DNA of 64,000 bases from Candidatus Marinacidobacterales bacterium. GTDB lineage: Bacteria > Acidobacteriota > Vicinamibacteria > Marinacidobacterales > DATDRI01. Of the stretch, positions 18,209 through 26,709 are shown piece after piece. A program made the translations under genes and the position numbers. The stretch is from NCBI GenBank assembly GCA_965226495.1, contig OZ245365.1, positions 3,712,001 through 3,776,000 on the forward strand. Direction: 5' to 3'. The first letter of the stretch is position 1. The number at the start of each line of letters is the position of its first letter. A model generated the notes under the pieces. The model worked only from the letters and a program-made list of their open reading frames with translations. It did no database searches and was not told the origin of the DNA.

Positions 18209-20506
18209 TCAGTTACCCCTTCGGAATGTGAACCGCTTGCGCATTCGCAGCTTGACGCGGACACCATTCTTGGTGGCGGGCTCATGCTGCCAACCTTTTA
18301 CCGTATTGGTGACCGCTCGGTCGAAAACATCTCCTCCGGACTCCTCGATTTCGATGGCTTCCACGATTCCCGTCTCGGTGACGATGAAACTGATTTGCAC
18401 CGAGCCTTCCAGTTTTGCACGGCGAGCCACCTCCGGGTACCCCACCCCCGGGCATTTGATGCATTTGGGGTCGACAACACCCGGACCCCGCTCCACCAAG
18501 TCGCCCTCACTCACCTTAGGAGTAACGGGCCCGGGTACGGGTTCTTCCTTCTCACGCGGCTCGAGCGTCGCAGAGATACTCTCGGTCGCTCCAGCTTTCA
18601 AAGCGATCCTTGTTTCCCACGGTTCGAAGCCCATCTTTTGCAGCCGAATCGTGCGACTACCCGGGCGGGCTCGGAGCTTCTGGAGCGGCGTGGTTCCCGC
18701 AGGCTTGCCGTCAAGGAGAACCTGAGCACCCGGCGGCGTGCTGGCGACACGAAAAACGCCCAGTTGAGGCTCAGGCGTGGCTTCTCCCTTCAAAGGGACG
18801 CTCAACGTGGCGCGGGGGTTGTCGGCGTTGAGCTCCGCACTCAGCTCCTCGGGCTCGTACCCAGCCTTTTCCAGACGCACGGCATAGCTCCCGAGCTCCA
18901 GTTCAAGAATCTCGAGTGGCGTCAATCCTAATCTCGCCCCGTTAATCAAGACACTCGCACCGATGGGCTCGCTCTCGATCGAAAGAATGCCGCCCGGTTG
19001 CTCCCTCACATCGATGGCCATAGGTGTCGCTTCTACGGGAAGCGCTTGGACCGCTAAGCCCGCCTCGCTCGCCGACGTTGACGGCGACTGCGTCTTCCCT
19101 CCCGAGGTGGAGAGGGTCATCACCGCAACCAAGCCGACGACGACAACAACCAAAGCGCCTGCGACCGCAGCGACGAGTCCACGCCGCTGCTGCCAAAGTC
19201 GGTGAAACTCTGCCAGAGAGGACGGGACCTGCTCTCCAACCGATTGAGCGAATCGGGTCGCCAGGTTGGCTGCCGGCGCTTCGGTCCGAGTAGGCGATAA
19301 GTTCCTCGAGACCGTTCTCGTCTCGTCGTTAGCAGCCGAATCACGCCCGGCCAGATGAGCTCGGGTGGAAACGGACTCCTGCGCCGTATGAGCGGCCCCT
19401 TGGTCGACGATGTTCGTTTCCGGAGAACCCCAGAACGCGGGATTGTCTTTCACGGTCTCCCCGCCCCCTTCGAAAACCACCTCTTCGTCGTTTTCGTCGG
19501 CGTCGTCGACTCCGAGCAGATTGGCCGGCGCGGTTATCCCTTCTTGCTTCTTGTGACCTGGCGATGACCGTGGAGGCGATGATGACGGCATATTGGAGGA
19601 GGCGCTCTTGTCGGGCACGGTCATGTAGACGGTTTCACCCTCGAGCGACCCGAACCAGGAGCCAAGGCAGAGCTCAAGCTCGGAGACGAAGTCCGCTCCC
19701 GTCCCGTACCGATCGGGCGGGTTTTTGGAAAGGACTTTGGAGAACACTTCATGCCATTTGTCCGGCAAAAGTCCGAGTACCTCGAGATTGGGAGGCCGGA
19801 CCGGATCGGCGTGCACGAGCTTGTACAAGATTGACGTGACGTTGTTCCCGGGGAACGGTTGCTGCCCCGAAAGCATCTCGAAGGCAACGACACCTAGCGA
19901 AAAGATGTCGGAGCGGCCGTCCAGACTCTCACCCATTGCTTGCTCGGGCGACATGTAGCTGGGCGTTCCCAGAAGAGATCCGCTGTGGGTGATGTCCGAG
20001 TCCACCAGCTTCGCGATACCGAAGTCTGTGACCTTCACCTTCTCCCCTTCGTGAAGGATGATGTTCGAGGGCTTGATGTCCCGATGGATCACACCCTTGG
20101 CGTGGGCGTAATCGATGGCCGCCGCCATCTGGGATACCAGCCCGATGACCTGCTCGGGCCGGAACAGTCTCCCTTCGTTCAGAACGTCGGAAACTGTTTC
20201 ACCATCGATGAACTCCATCGCCAAGAAAGGAACTTTGTCTTCCGTTTCCCCGATGTCGAAAAGGGTGACGATGTTGGGATGGGACAGTGTCCCGGAGATC
20301 CTCGCCTCGTGGTAGAAGCGCTCGATGAACGTGCGATAGTGCGGACTCTGCGGGGGAACATCCAGGCGGATCGTCTTGATGGCGATCGTTCGCTTAATCA
20401 GAGGGTCGAAGGCCTTGTAGACGGCGCCCATCGCGCCGAATCCAATCGACTCGACGATCTGATAGCGGCCGACTTTGCTCGGCACCTCGTCTCGAGGAGC
20501 GTTCAA
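18209..20506 (-). CDS. Hanks-type Ser/Thr kinase with TM helix, two PEGA domains and TonB C-terminal domain
   Basis: GFGAMGAVY, AIK, HRDIKPSN, DFG, GTPSYMSPE; SEPIGASV/STPPGAQV PEGA repeats; YPEVARRAKLEGSV...FDRAV..VKGW..EPA. Confidence 0.9.
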   Translation of the reverse strand: MNAPRDEVPSKVGRYQIVESIGFGAMGAVYKAFDPLIKRTIAIKTIRLDVPPQSPHYRTFIERFYHEARISGTLSHPNIVTLFDIGETEDKVPFLAMEFIDGETVSDVLNEGRLFRPEQVIGLVSQMAAAIDYAHAKGVIHRDIKPSNIILHEGEKVKVTDFGIAKLVDSDITHSGSLLGTPSYMSPEQAMGESLDGRSDIFSLGVVAFEMLSGQQPFPGNNVTSILYKLVHADPVRPPNLEVLGLLPDKWHEVFSKVLSKNPPDRYGTGADFVSELELCLGSWFGSLEGETVYMTVPDKSASSNMPSSSPPRSSPGHKKQEGITAPANLLGVDDADENDEEVVFEGGGETVKDNPAFWGSPETNIVDQGAAHTAQESVSTRAHLAGRDSAANDETRTVSRNLSPTRTEAPAANLATRFAQSVGEQVPSSLAEFHRLWQQRRGLVAAVAGALVVVVVGLVAVMTLSTSGGKTQSPSTSASEAGLAVQALPVEATPMAIDVREQPGGILSIESEPIGASVLINGARLGLTPLEILELELGSYAVRLEKAGYEPEELSAELNADNPRATLSVPLKGEATPEPQLGVFRVASTPPGAQVLLDGKPAGTTPLQKLRARPGSRTIRLQKMGFEPWETRIALKAGATESISATLEPREKEEPVPGPVTPKVSEGDLVERGPGVVDPKCIKCPGVGYPEVARRAKLEGSVQISFIVTETGIVEAIEIEESGGDVFDRAVTNTVKGWQHEPATKNGVRVKLRMRKRFTFRRGN

Positions 20507-20733
20507 GGGGACCCTCCAAGGGCCAGGACACTAGTTTGATACAGGACCCTAGCTCGGAAACTCAAGAAGTTCGACGTCCCGGGACAACGGCGGAAATTGC
20601 CTCTAAGTTTATTAACTTACACTATCATAACCCTTTACGAGTGTCAACGCGGTTTGCCATTGCCCATTCTGATTCGGCCATCTCGCATTTTTTCAGTCGG
20701 CCGCCACGATACCGGTCGTATTACCAGCCTAAT

Positions 20734-20749
20734 TGTAAGTCCGGTTACA
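20734..20749. promoter_or_regulatory. Palindromic operator candidate TGTAA-N6-TTACA
   Basis: tgtaagtccggttaca between the divergent kinase and ArsR genes. Confidence 0.4.
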
Positions 20750-20793
20750 TCCCCCACCTCAGGAGACCGTTATTCTCGAGGCAGCAGGTCATC

Positions 20794-21138
20794 ATGTTGG
20801 GGGAAAATACTAACACCTCGAGCAAGTCACCGGAGGCGGGCGACGATTCCGTCCAGGCCATAAAAGCCGTCGGCGACCGCACGCGTCTTCAGATTCTGCG
20901 CATCTTGCTCAACCGCGAGGAGTGTGTGACCGACATCGCGCGCCAGCTAGGGCTCGCCCAGCCGCGTATCTCCCATCACCTCACCATCCTGCGAAACTCG
21001 GGACTGGTCCGGGACCGACGTAACGGCAAGCAGATTTTCTATTCGGTCAATCCCGACTTCCGAGTCAGTCCCAACGGCGGCCCCAAGAAGAACGCTGTCC
21101 AGGTGGATTGCCTGCGCGTAGAATTCCCCAAGAGCTGA
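20794..21138 (+). CDS. ArsR/SmtB family transcriptional regulator
   Basis: KAVGDRTRLQIL, CVTDIA, QPRISHHLTILRNSGLV..RRNGKQIFY; start moved to ATG 20794. Confidence 0.9.
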   Translation: MLGENTNTSSKSPEAGDDSVQAIKAVGDRTRLQILRILLNREECVTDIARQLGLAQPRISHHLTILRNSGLVRDRRNGKQIFYSVNPDFRVSPNGGPKKNAVQVDCLRVEFPKS

Positions 21139-21255
21139 AGCTCCCACCCTCTATCCCACTCGAATCCCTAGGTTTACACCCGGTGCCACGCTCGTCTGCC
21201 GAGCGAGCTATGATAGCCTTCGAAACCAGGGAGCGCGATCGAAGTGGAACCAGGA

Positions 21256-22887
21256 ATGATGGACTCGACAAAAAAACTGGATTACCGGGAGCTGGCTTCC
21301 TATAAGCCCCTTTTTCTCGACTACGTTTATCGTTTCGACCGCTTGGCGCCGTACTTCCCAGGCAACCCCGGGGATCCGGAAGCGTGGCGGCGGGCAGCGA
21401 AGAAGGTCTTCGAGTACCCTCGACAAACCAAACGCGTCGCGGAAGTACTCCACGAACAAAACGGTCACATGGGAGCCGACGCCTCGGTGTCGAAAGCGCT
21501 CGACGCCCTCGCGAACGGTGCCTTGGCCGTCGTGACTGGCCAGCAGGTGGGCCTTTTTGGGGGCCCTCTCTACAGCCTGTACAAGGCGCTTACCGCCGTT
21601 GAGCTTGCAAAAAAGGCTAGTTCCATCGTCGACCGGCCGGTGGTCGCCCTTTTCTGGATGGATGCCGACGACCACGACTTCGAAGAAGTTAGCTCGGTCA
21701 ATTTGATCAACCCGTCGCAAGAATTGATCGCGCTGAGCTACCAACCGGCGGAGCTTCACAAAGGTGCACCCGTCGGAGCTATTCCCCTCGAGAGCTCCAT
21801 CGAGGAACTGGTCGCGCGGGCCGGAGAGTGTCTCGCTCCATCGGAGTTCAAGCAGGAGATCCTCGATGCGCTGGGCGAAAGCTACGCGCCGGGAAGGACC
21901 CTCGCCGAAGCTTTCGGAAGTTGGCTCCTCCGCATAACGAGGGGAACCGGCTTGGCGGTCGTCGATCCCACCGCTCGCCCACTCAAGTCGATGGCCGCTT
22001 CGCTCTTCCAGCGTGAGACGGCAGACAAGTCCGAGAGCACACGGCTCGTCGAAGAGACCAGCAGCAAACTGGTGTCCGAGGGCTACCACGCCCAAGCCGG
22101 CACCGCCGACCATCGGTTAAACCTGCTCTATTCCGATCCGGTTCGTTCCCCTATCTTCGTTGAAGACTCCGGCTTTCGTCTTTCCGACCAAGGTTCCGCG
22201 GTCAGCCCGGGGGAGCTTTCGAAGCTGGTCGACGAATCGCCAGAACGTTTCAGCGCCAACGTCCTGTTACGTCCGCTCGTTCAAGATCATCTGCTTCCCA
22301 CGGTTAGCTACGTGGGTGGCCCCAGCGAGCTGGCGTATCTCGCTCAGTTAGGTGCAGTCTACGATCACTTCGGGGTTCCCATGCCCCTGATCGTCCCGCG
22401 CACCAGCATCACCGTCGTCGAGAAGGCGGCGGACAAATTTTTGAGCCGTCACGGACTCAAACTCTCGGACTTGCGCGCCAACGACGAATCGGTGTTGAAC
22501 GACATCTTGAAGGATCTCGCGCCGCCCCAGCTAGACGAGGATCTCGCACGCGCCCACACGTGTATCCAGGAGATCACGCAGACACTAGAGGAAGATCTCG
22601 CCGCAGTAGATCCGACGCTGGCTTCGGCGGCCAAGTCGACCCGCGGAAAGTTACTTCACAACCTCGGGGAGCTCGAGGCCAAGAGCCGACGGGCGATCAA
22701 GAAAAAGAACGACACCCTGCGTCGCCAATTCCTCTCCACCCGAACCGCATTGTTCCCAAACTTCGACATGCAGGAGCGACAGCTGTCGCCAGTGCAATAC
22801 TTCGCCAAGTACGGCTGGCACTTCACGGATATGGTGCGGGAGAGTATTGATCTAGAAGGGCCCGGCCACACGCTTCTCTTTCCTTAA
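21256..22887 (+). CDS. bshC: Bacillithiol biosynthesis cysteine-adding enzyme
   Basis: VVTGQQVGLFGGPLYSLYK, FWMDADDHDFEEV, FSANVLLRP, YVGGPSELAY, QERQ. Confidence 0.92.
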   Translation: MMDSTKKLDYRELASYKPLFLDYVYRFDRLAPYFPGNPGDPEAWRRAAKKVFEYPRQTKRVAEVLHEQNGHMGADASVSKALDALANGALAVVTGQQVGLFGGPLYSLYKALTAVELAKKASSIVDRPVVALFWMDADDHDFEEVSSVNLINPSQELIALSYQPAELHKGAPVGAIPLESSIEELVARAGECLAPSEFKQEILDALGESYAPGRTLAEAFGSWLLRITRGTGLAVVDPTARPLKSMAASLFQRETADKSESTRLVEETSSKLVSEGYHAQAGTADHRLNLLYSDPVRSPIFVEDSGFRLSDQGSAVSPGELSKLVDESPERFSANVLLRPLVQDHLLPTVSYVGGPSELAYLAQLGAVYDHFGVPMPLIVPRTSITVVEKAADKFLSRHGLKLSDLRANDESVLNDILKDLAPPQLDEDLARAHTCIQEITQTLEEDLAAVDPTLASAAKSTRGKLLHNLGELEAKSRRAIKKKNDTLRRQFLSTRTALFPNFDMQERQLSPVQYFAKYGWHFTDMVRESIDLEGPGHTLLFP

Positions 22888-22906
22888 TTAGAGGTCGGTC
22901 GCCTCG

Positions 22907-23977
22907 TCACTTGATGCGCCCTCGACGCTCAGCAACCTTCTCTTGAATAAACGCCACGCCAAAGGTCCGCTCTGCTGTTAGACGATTGTGCGGACCGCAG
23001 TGAAGCCCGAGAAACTTTTCGTTGTGGCTCTGGTACAAAGCAAAAGGACGCAGGTGCTCAATCTGGAGTCCCGTTCGCGAGCGACACCGAGTCCCGTCTG
23101 AACCTCGAAATTCACATTGGAATCCGGCCCGCTCGTGCACGCGCTCGCGGACCTCTGACGGGATGTAGCGGGAAGTTGCTTTCTGCTCCATCGACGCAAC
23201 CTCGTCCGGACGAGGTGCGCTCCGCTTCGCCTCCCTCTCGAGTCGTCGTGCACGCTTTCTCTTGACGTCCTTCTTGTCCAGCGCGACGTCCAGGGCCTGC
23301 TCCATGATCTCGGCCATGTGTTGCAGAGGGTTTTCGACGCCGAGGACTTGCGCCAGACGATCGAACTTCTCCTTGAACTTTCGGTCAGCAGCGAAGCGGA
23401 AATTGTAGAGCTCCGGCCTTGCCGGTTCGAGGATACTCGGCGACACCCGGTGGGCCGCGCGTGAGGTCGTTGCCTTTGGCCGAGTGGGGCGGGGCAACGC
23501 GGCTTGCTCATGCGGCCGAGACGGTGTCTTGCGAATCGAGGGCGCGAAGACGGGCTTCGGTCGGAGGGCAACGAGGTGCTCTTCGGCTTCACGTTTGGTC
23601 ATTCCGGCGCAATCCGCAAGAAGCTTGTCAACGCTGTTGTTTGTAAGGACCGGCGCCAGAAGGCCCGCCACAGTGAGACTCACGCGGTTCTCGGCCAGTG
23701 CTACGAGTATTTGAGGGAAACGTAATGCGACGTTGGCCACCTGAATCCGTAGGGCGACTGAGCCTTCGCTCAGATGCAAGCGCCTCGTGCAGTAGTCGAA
23801 GAGAGTCTTGTACCCGCGCTCGAGGTAACCCTTTCTTCTCGACATCTCTGCGATGTGAACGATGACAAGGGCCACGTTTCGTTTCTCGGCGCGGACCAGC
23901 TTCTCCGTCGAATGATCGAGTTCTTCCGTCGAGAGACTTTCGAGTCTCTCGACGTACGTCTTCACTTTTTCGATCAT
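22907..23977 (-). CDS. HNH endonuclease-like protein with helical N-terminal region
   Basis: RBS GGGAGAG before ATG 23977; GYKTLFDYC..LHLSEG; SRYIPSEVRERVHERAGFQC..C...IEHLRP...CGPHN. Confidence 0.85.
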   Translation of the reverse strand: MIEKVKTYVERLESLSTEELDHSTEKLVRAEKRNVALVIVHIAEMSRRKGYLERGYKTLFDYCTRRLHLSEGSVALRIQVANVALRFPQILVALAENRVSLTVAGLLAPVLTNNSVDKLLADCAGMTKREAEEHLVALRPKPVFAPSIRKTPSRPHEQAALPRPTRPKATTSRAAHRVSPSILEPARPELYNFRFAADRKFKEKFDRLAQVLGVENPLQHMAEIMEQALDVALDKKDVKRKRARRLEREAKRSAPRPDEVASMEQKATSRYIPSEVRERVHERAGFQCEFRGSDGTRCRSRTGLQIEHLRPFALYQSHNEKFLGLHCGPHNRLTAERTFGVAFIQEKVAERRGRIK

Positions 23978-24283
23978 GGCTGTCTCTCCCTCTTTCGATT
24001 CTTGCTTCTTCAAATATAGCAACGTGTTTTTCTTGGCCCTTAGCCGCCGGCAGACGAAAGTAGGCGGACTAGAATGAAGAATGTGCGGAAATCGTGGAGA
24101 GAGAATGCGAGAGGAGGCGTGTGCGATTCGGGAGAGTATTTACGTTAACGGTCGATCGCTTTTCGAAATTGATGCGCGAAACCTGTCAAGTGTTTTTTTG
24201 GTTTTTTTGCAGCATCTCGGCGCCATTGCCGAATCAAGCCCGAGATCCATATGACCTTGACTCGATTCCTCGGCATTTGTCGC

Positions 24284-24522
24284 CGCTCGCGGGGACCCCA
24301 CCCCGCCGCCTGGCTAGCGCGAGATCGGCAGCAACCTATTTTGGCGGCCAGCAGTGACTGCGCTCGCGGGGACCCCACCCCCGCTCGCTACTCGCTCCGC
24401 GACTCACTTCGTTCGCGCTGCGCTCGGGCTCAAGGCTTCCATCAGCGCTCGCGGGGACCCCACCCCCGCTCGCTACTCGCTCCGCGACTCACTTCGTTCG
24501 CGCTGCGCTCGGGCTCAAGGCT
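24284..24522. repeat. REP/MITE-like repeat: two identical 78-bp copies plus a partial copy
   Basis: gcgctcgcggggaccccacccccgctcgctactcgctccgcgactcacttcgttcgcgctgcgctcgggctcaaggct at 24360-24437 and 24445-24522; its 5' part also at 24284-24304. Confidence 0.9.
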
Positions 24523-25441
24523 GTTTCGACAAATGCCGATCGAGTCGAGCCAACACACCCAACAGCGTCGCCCCCACAATCTGAAGGCTCTCGGCGCTCA
24601 CATTGGCGAGTTTGTCGTCCGGGGAATGCCAGTAGCTGTGCCCCGGTCCGTATTGGAAATCGATCAAATCCACGACCGCCACGCCGCGGCGGGCAAAGGG
24701 AATGTGGTCGTCTTCGATGTAGAGGCGGGCATCCAGGAAATGTTCTCCGTGCCCCAACCGCTTCGCCTCCGCCCATACCAAATCCTGTAGCCACGGAGTG
24801 GAGTTTGCCTCGCGATGAATGCCTAGATCCCGATCGCCCACCATATCCACGAGAATGAACGCGGCGATCCGATGGAGCTCCTGTGCCTTGTCCATTCGAG
24901 CCACCATGTGTCGACTCCCGTAGAGTGAATCCGTCGCCGACCAGTCGACGACCGCTTCCTCTCCGTCGAGGAGCACAAACCAAAGCGTGGTCTTAGGGGC
25001 GGGGTCGATACGAGTCACCGACCGCGCCAGCTCTAAAATCAAAGCCGCGCTCGAGCCACCGTCGTTCGCTCCCACGAACGTCCCGTCGTCGAATCGCTTC
25101 GTATCATAGTGGCCAGCAAAGATGACGACCTTCTCGGTCTCACCTTGATGCACCGCGATCAAATTGGACATCGGTATCGGGCCCACGGGCGTCTCCGCGG
25201 TGAAGTCGTCGTTCTTGGTTTCGAGACCGGCCGCCTTGAGCTCGGCAAGTAGGTACTCCTGCGTGCGTCGGTGTGCATCGGATCCCGAGGGCCGGGGCCC
25301 GAACCCCACCATCTTCTCCAAGTCGGCGAAGGCTCGCGCGCCATCGAAAACCGTATTCGCCCCGCCGTTGGTGAGGGCAAAGCAAGACAAGATGCCAACC
25401 GAAAAGAAGCCGAGCAAAGCGATTCTCGAAATTAGAGACAT
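24515..25441 (-). CDS. M28 family peptidase (glutaminyl cyclase-like)
   Basis: GHYDTK, GANDGGS, DGEEA, DMVGD, EDDHIPF, WHSPDD. Confidence 0.9.
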   Translation of the reverse strand: MSLISRIALLGFFSVGILSCFALTNGGANTVFDGARAFADLEKMVGFGPRPSGSDAHRRTQEYLLAELKAAGLETKNDDFTAETPVGPIPMSNLIAVHQGETEKVVIFAGHYDTKRFDDGTFVGANDGGSSAALILELARSVTRIDPAPKTTLWFVLLDGEEAVVDWSATDSLYGSRHMVARMDKAQELHRIAAFILVDMVGDRDLGIHREANSTPWLQDLVWAEAKRLGHGEHFLDARLYIEDDHIPFARRGVAVVDLIDFQYGPGHSYWHSPDDKLANVSAESLQIVGATLLGVLARLDRHLSKQP

Positions 25442-25450
25442 AGCTACATT

Positions 25451-26692
25451 CTAGTCTGCGGCCGGGACGGGAGAAATCTCTCCCTCCGCGGCGGCGACCC
25501 ACGTCGCGCCGACCAGTTGCCCGGTCATGTTGACCGAAGTGCGCAGCATGTCGAGAGGACGCTCGACTCCCAGCACCAACGCGGCGCCTTCGAGCGGAAG
25601 GCCGAGCGCCGACAAGATGATCGTCAAGTTCACGAAACTCGCGGCCGGCACTGAAGCCACTGCCAGGGCGGCCAGGAGCGCGGTGAGGATGAGTGTGCCG
25701 AGCTCCGCCGGACCGAGACTCTGCTCATAGACCTGAGCGATGAAGAGAACTGAGATCGCCTGATAGATGCCGCTGCCATCTCGACCGAGCGCCGTGCCGA
25801 ACGGGAGGACGAAGCTTGCCACGCGATCAGACAATCCCATATCCGATTGCATCACTTTCATCGAAACCGGCAAGGCTGCTGCTGTCGAACACGTACCGAA
25901 GGCAATAAGGAATTGGGGACGAATGGCGCGGTAGAAACGAAGCAGGCTCTGCCGGGCAAGGACGACGAGCACGAACGTGTAAGTTATGGCCACGTGTGCA
26001 CCGAGCGCCAGCGCGACCACCAAAACGTAGTAACCGAGACTTCCCACCACCGAAAGGCCGGAACGACCGACCAGCGCCGCCATCAGCCCAAAGACTCCCA
26101 CCGGGGCGAAGATCATGATCCATCCGACCAACTTAATCATGACCTCCGAAATCCCGCGAAGTACCTGAAGCAAAGGCTTCTTTCGCTCTTCGGCGAGGGC
26201 GCTGGCTCCCAATCCGAATATCACCGACACGAACAGCACTTGCAGGATGTTGCCCTCGACGGCCGCACTCACCATGTTCGACGGCACGACGTCGAGCAGG
26301 GTGTCCCAGATCGAGGGCCGCTCGGCCGGCGACACCGTAGGCGGTGCGGCAGACGGATCCTGTTGCGCGAGCAGCGCTACGCTCGCTTCTTCAGTGAGGC
26401 TGGTGCCGGGATGAAAAAAGAGCCCGAACCCGATCCCGATGAGAAGAGCGATGAGTAGACTAACAATAATGAAAGCAAAGGCCCGGACTCCAAGACGTCC
26501 CAAAGCTCCGCGCCCTGGCAGCCCGGCGATGGCAACGATCAGAGACGACGCGATCAGAGGGACGATGACCATCCGAATCAATCGAATGAAGAGCGTGCCT
26601 AGTGGCTCCAGGACTTCCGCCTGGGGACCGACGACCGCACCAACACAGACGCCCGCCACCAGACCGAGTGCGACACGAGTGTGGATGCTCAA
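25451..26692 (-). CDS. Dicarboxylate/amino acid:cation symporter (DAACS)
   Basis: FIRLIRMVIVPL, AFGTCSTAAALP, DMLRTSVNMTG; many TM helices. Confidence 0.92.
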   Translation of the reverse strand: MSIHTRVALGLVAGVCVGAVVGPQAEVLEPLGTLFIRLIRMVIVPLIASSLIVAIAGLPGRGALGRLGVRAFAFIIVSLLIALLIGIGFGLFFHPGTSLTEEASVALLAQQDPSAAPPTVSPAERPSIWDTLLDVVPSNMVSAAVEGNILQVLFVSVIFGLGASALAEERKKPLLQVLRGISEVMIKLVGWIMIFAPVGVFGLMAALVGRSGLSVVGSLGYYVLVVALALGAHVAITYTFVLVVLARQSLLRFYRAIRPQFLIAFGTCSTAAALPVSMKVMQSDMGLSDRVASFVLPFGTALGRDGSGIYQAISVLFIAQVYEQSLGPAELGTLILTALLAALAVASVPAASFVNLTIILSALGLPLEGAALVLGVERPLDMLRTSVNMTGQLVGATWVAAAEGEISPVPAAD

Positions 26693-26709
26693 GGTGCCGT
26701 AACGATTCT

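Noticed and set aside
24284-24522. Repeat cluster as a CRISPR or TIGR-like array
   Set aside because: Only two full 78-bp units with a 7-bp gap; no unique spacers of guide length and no cas or Nop-domain gene in the window
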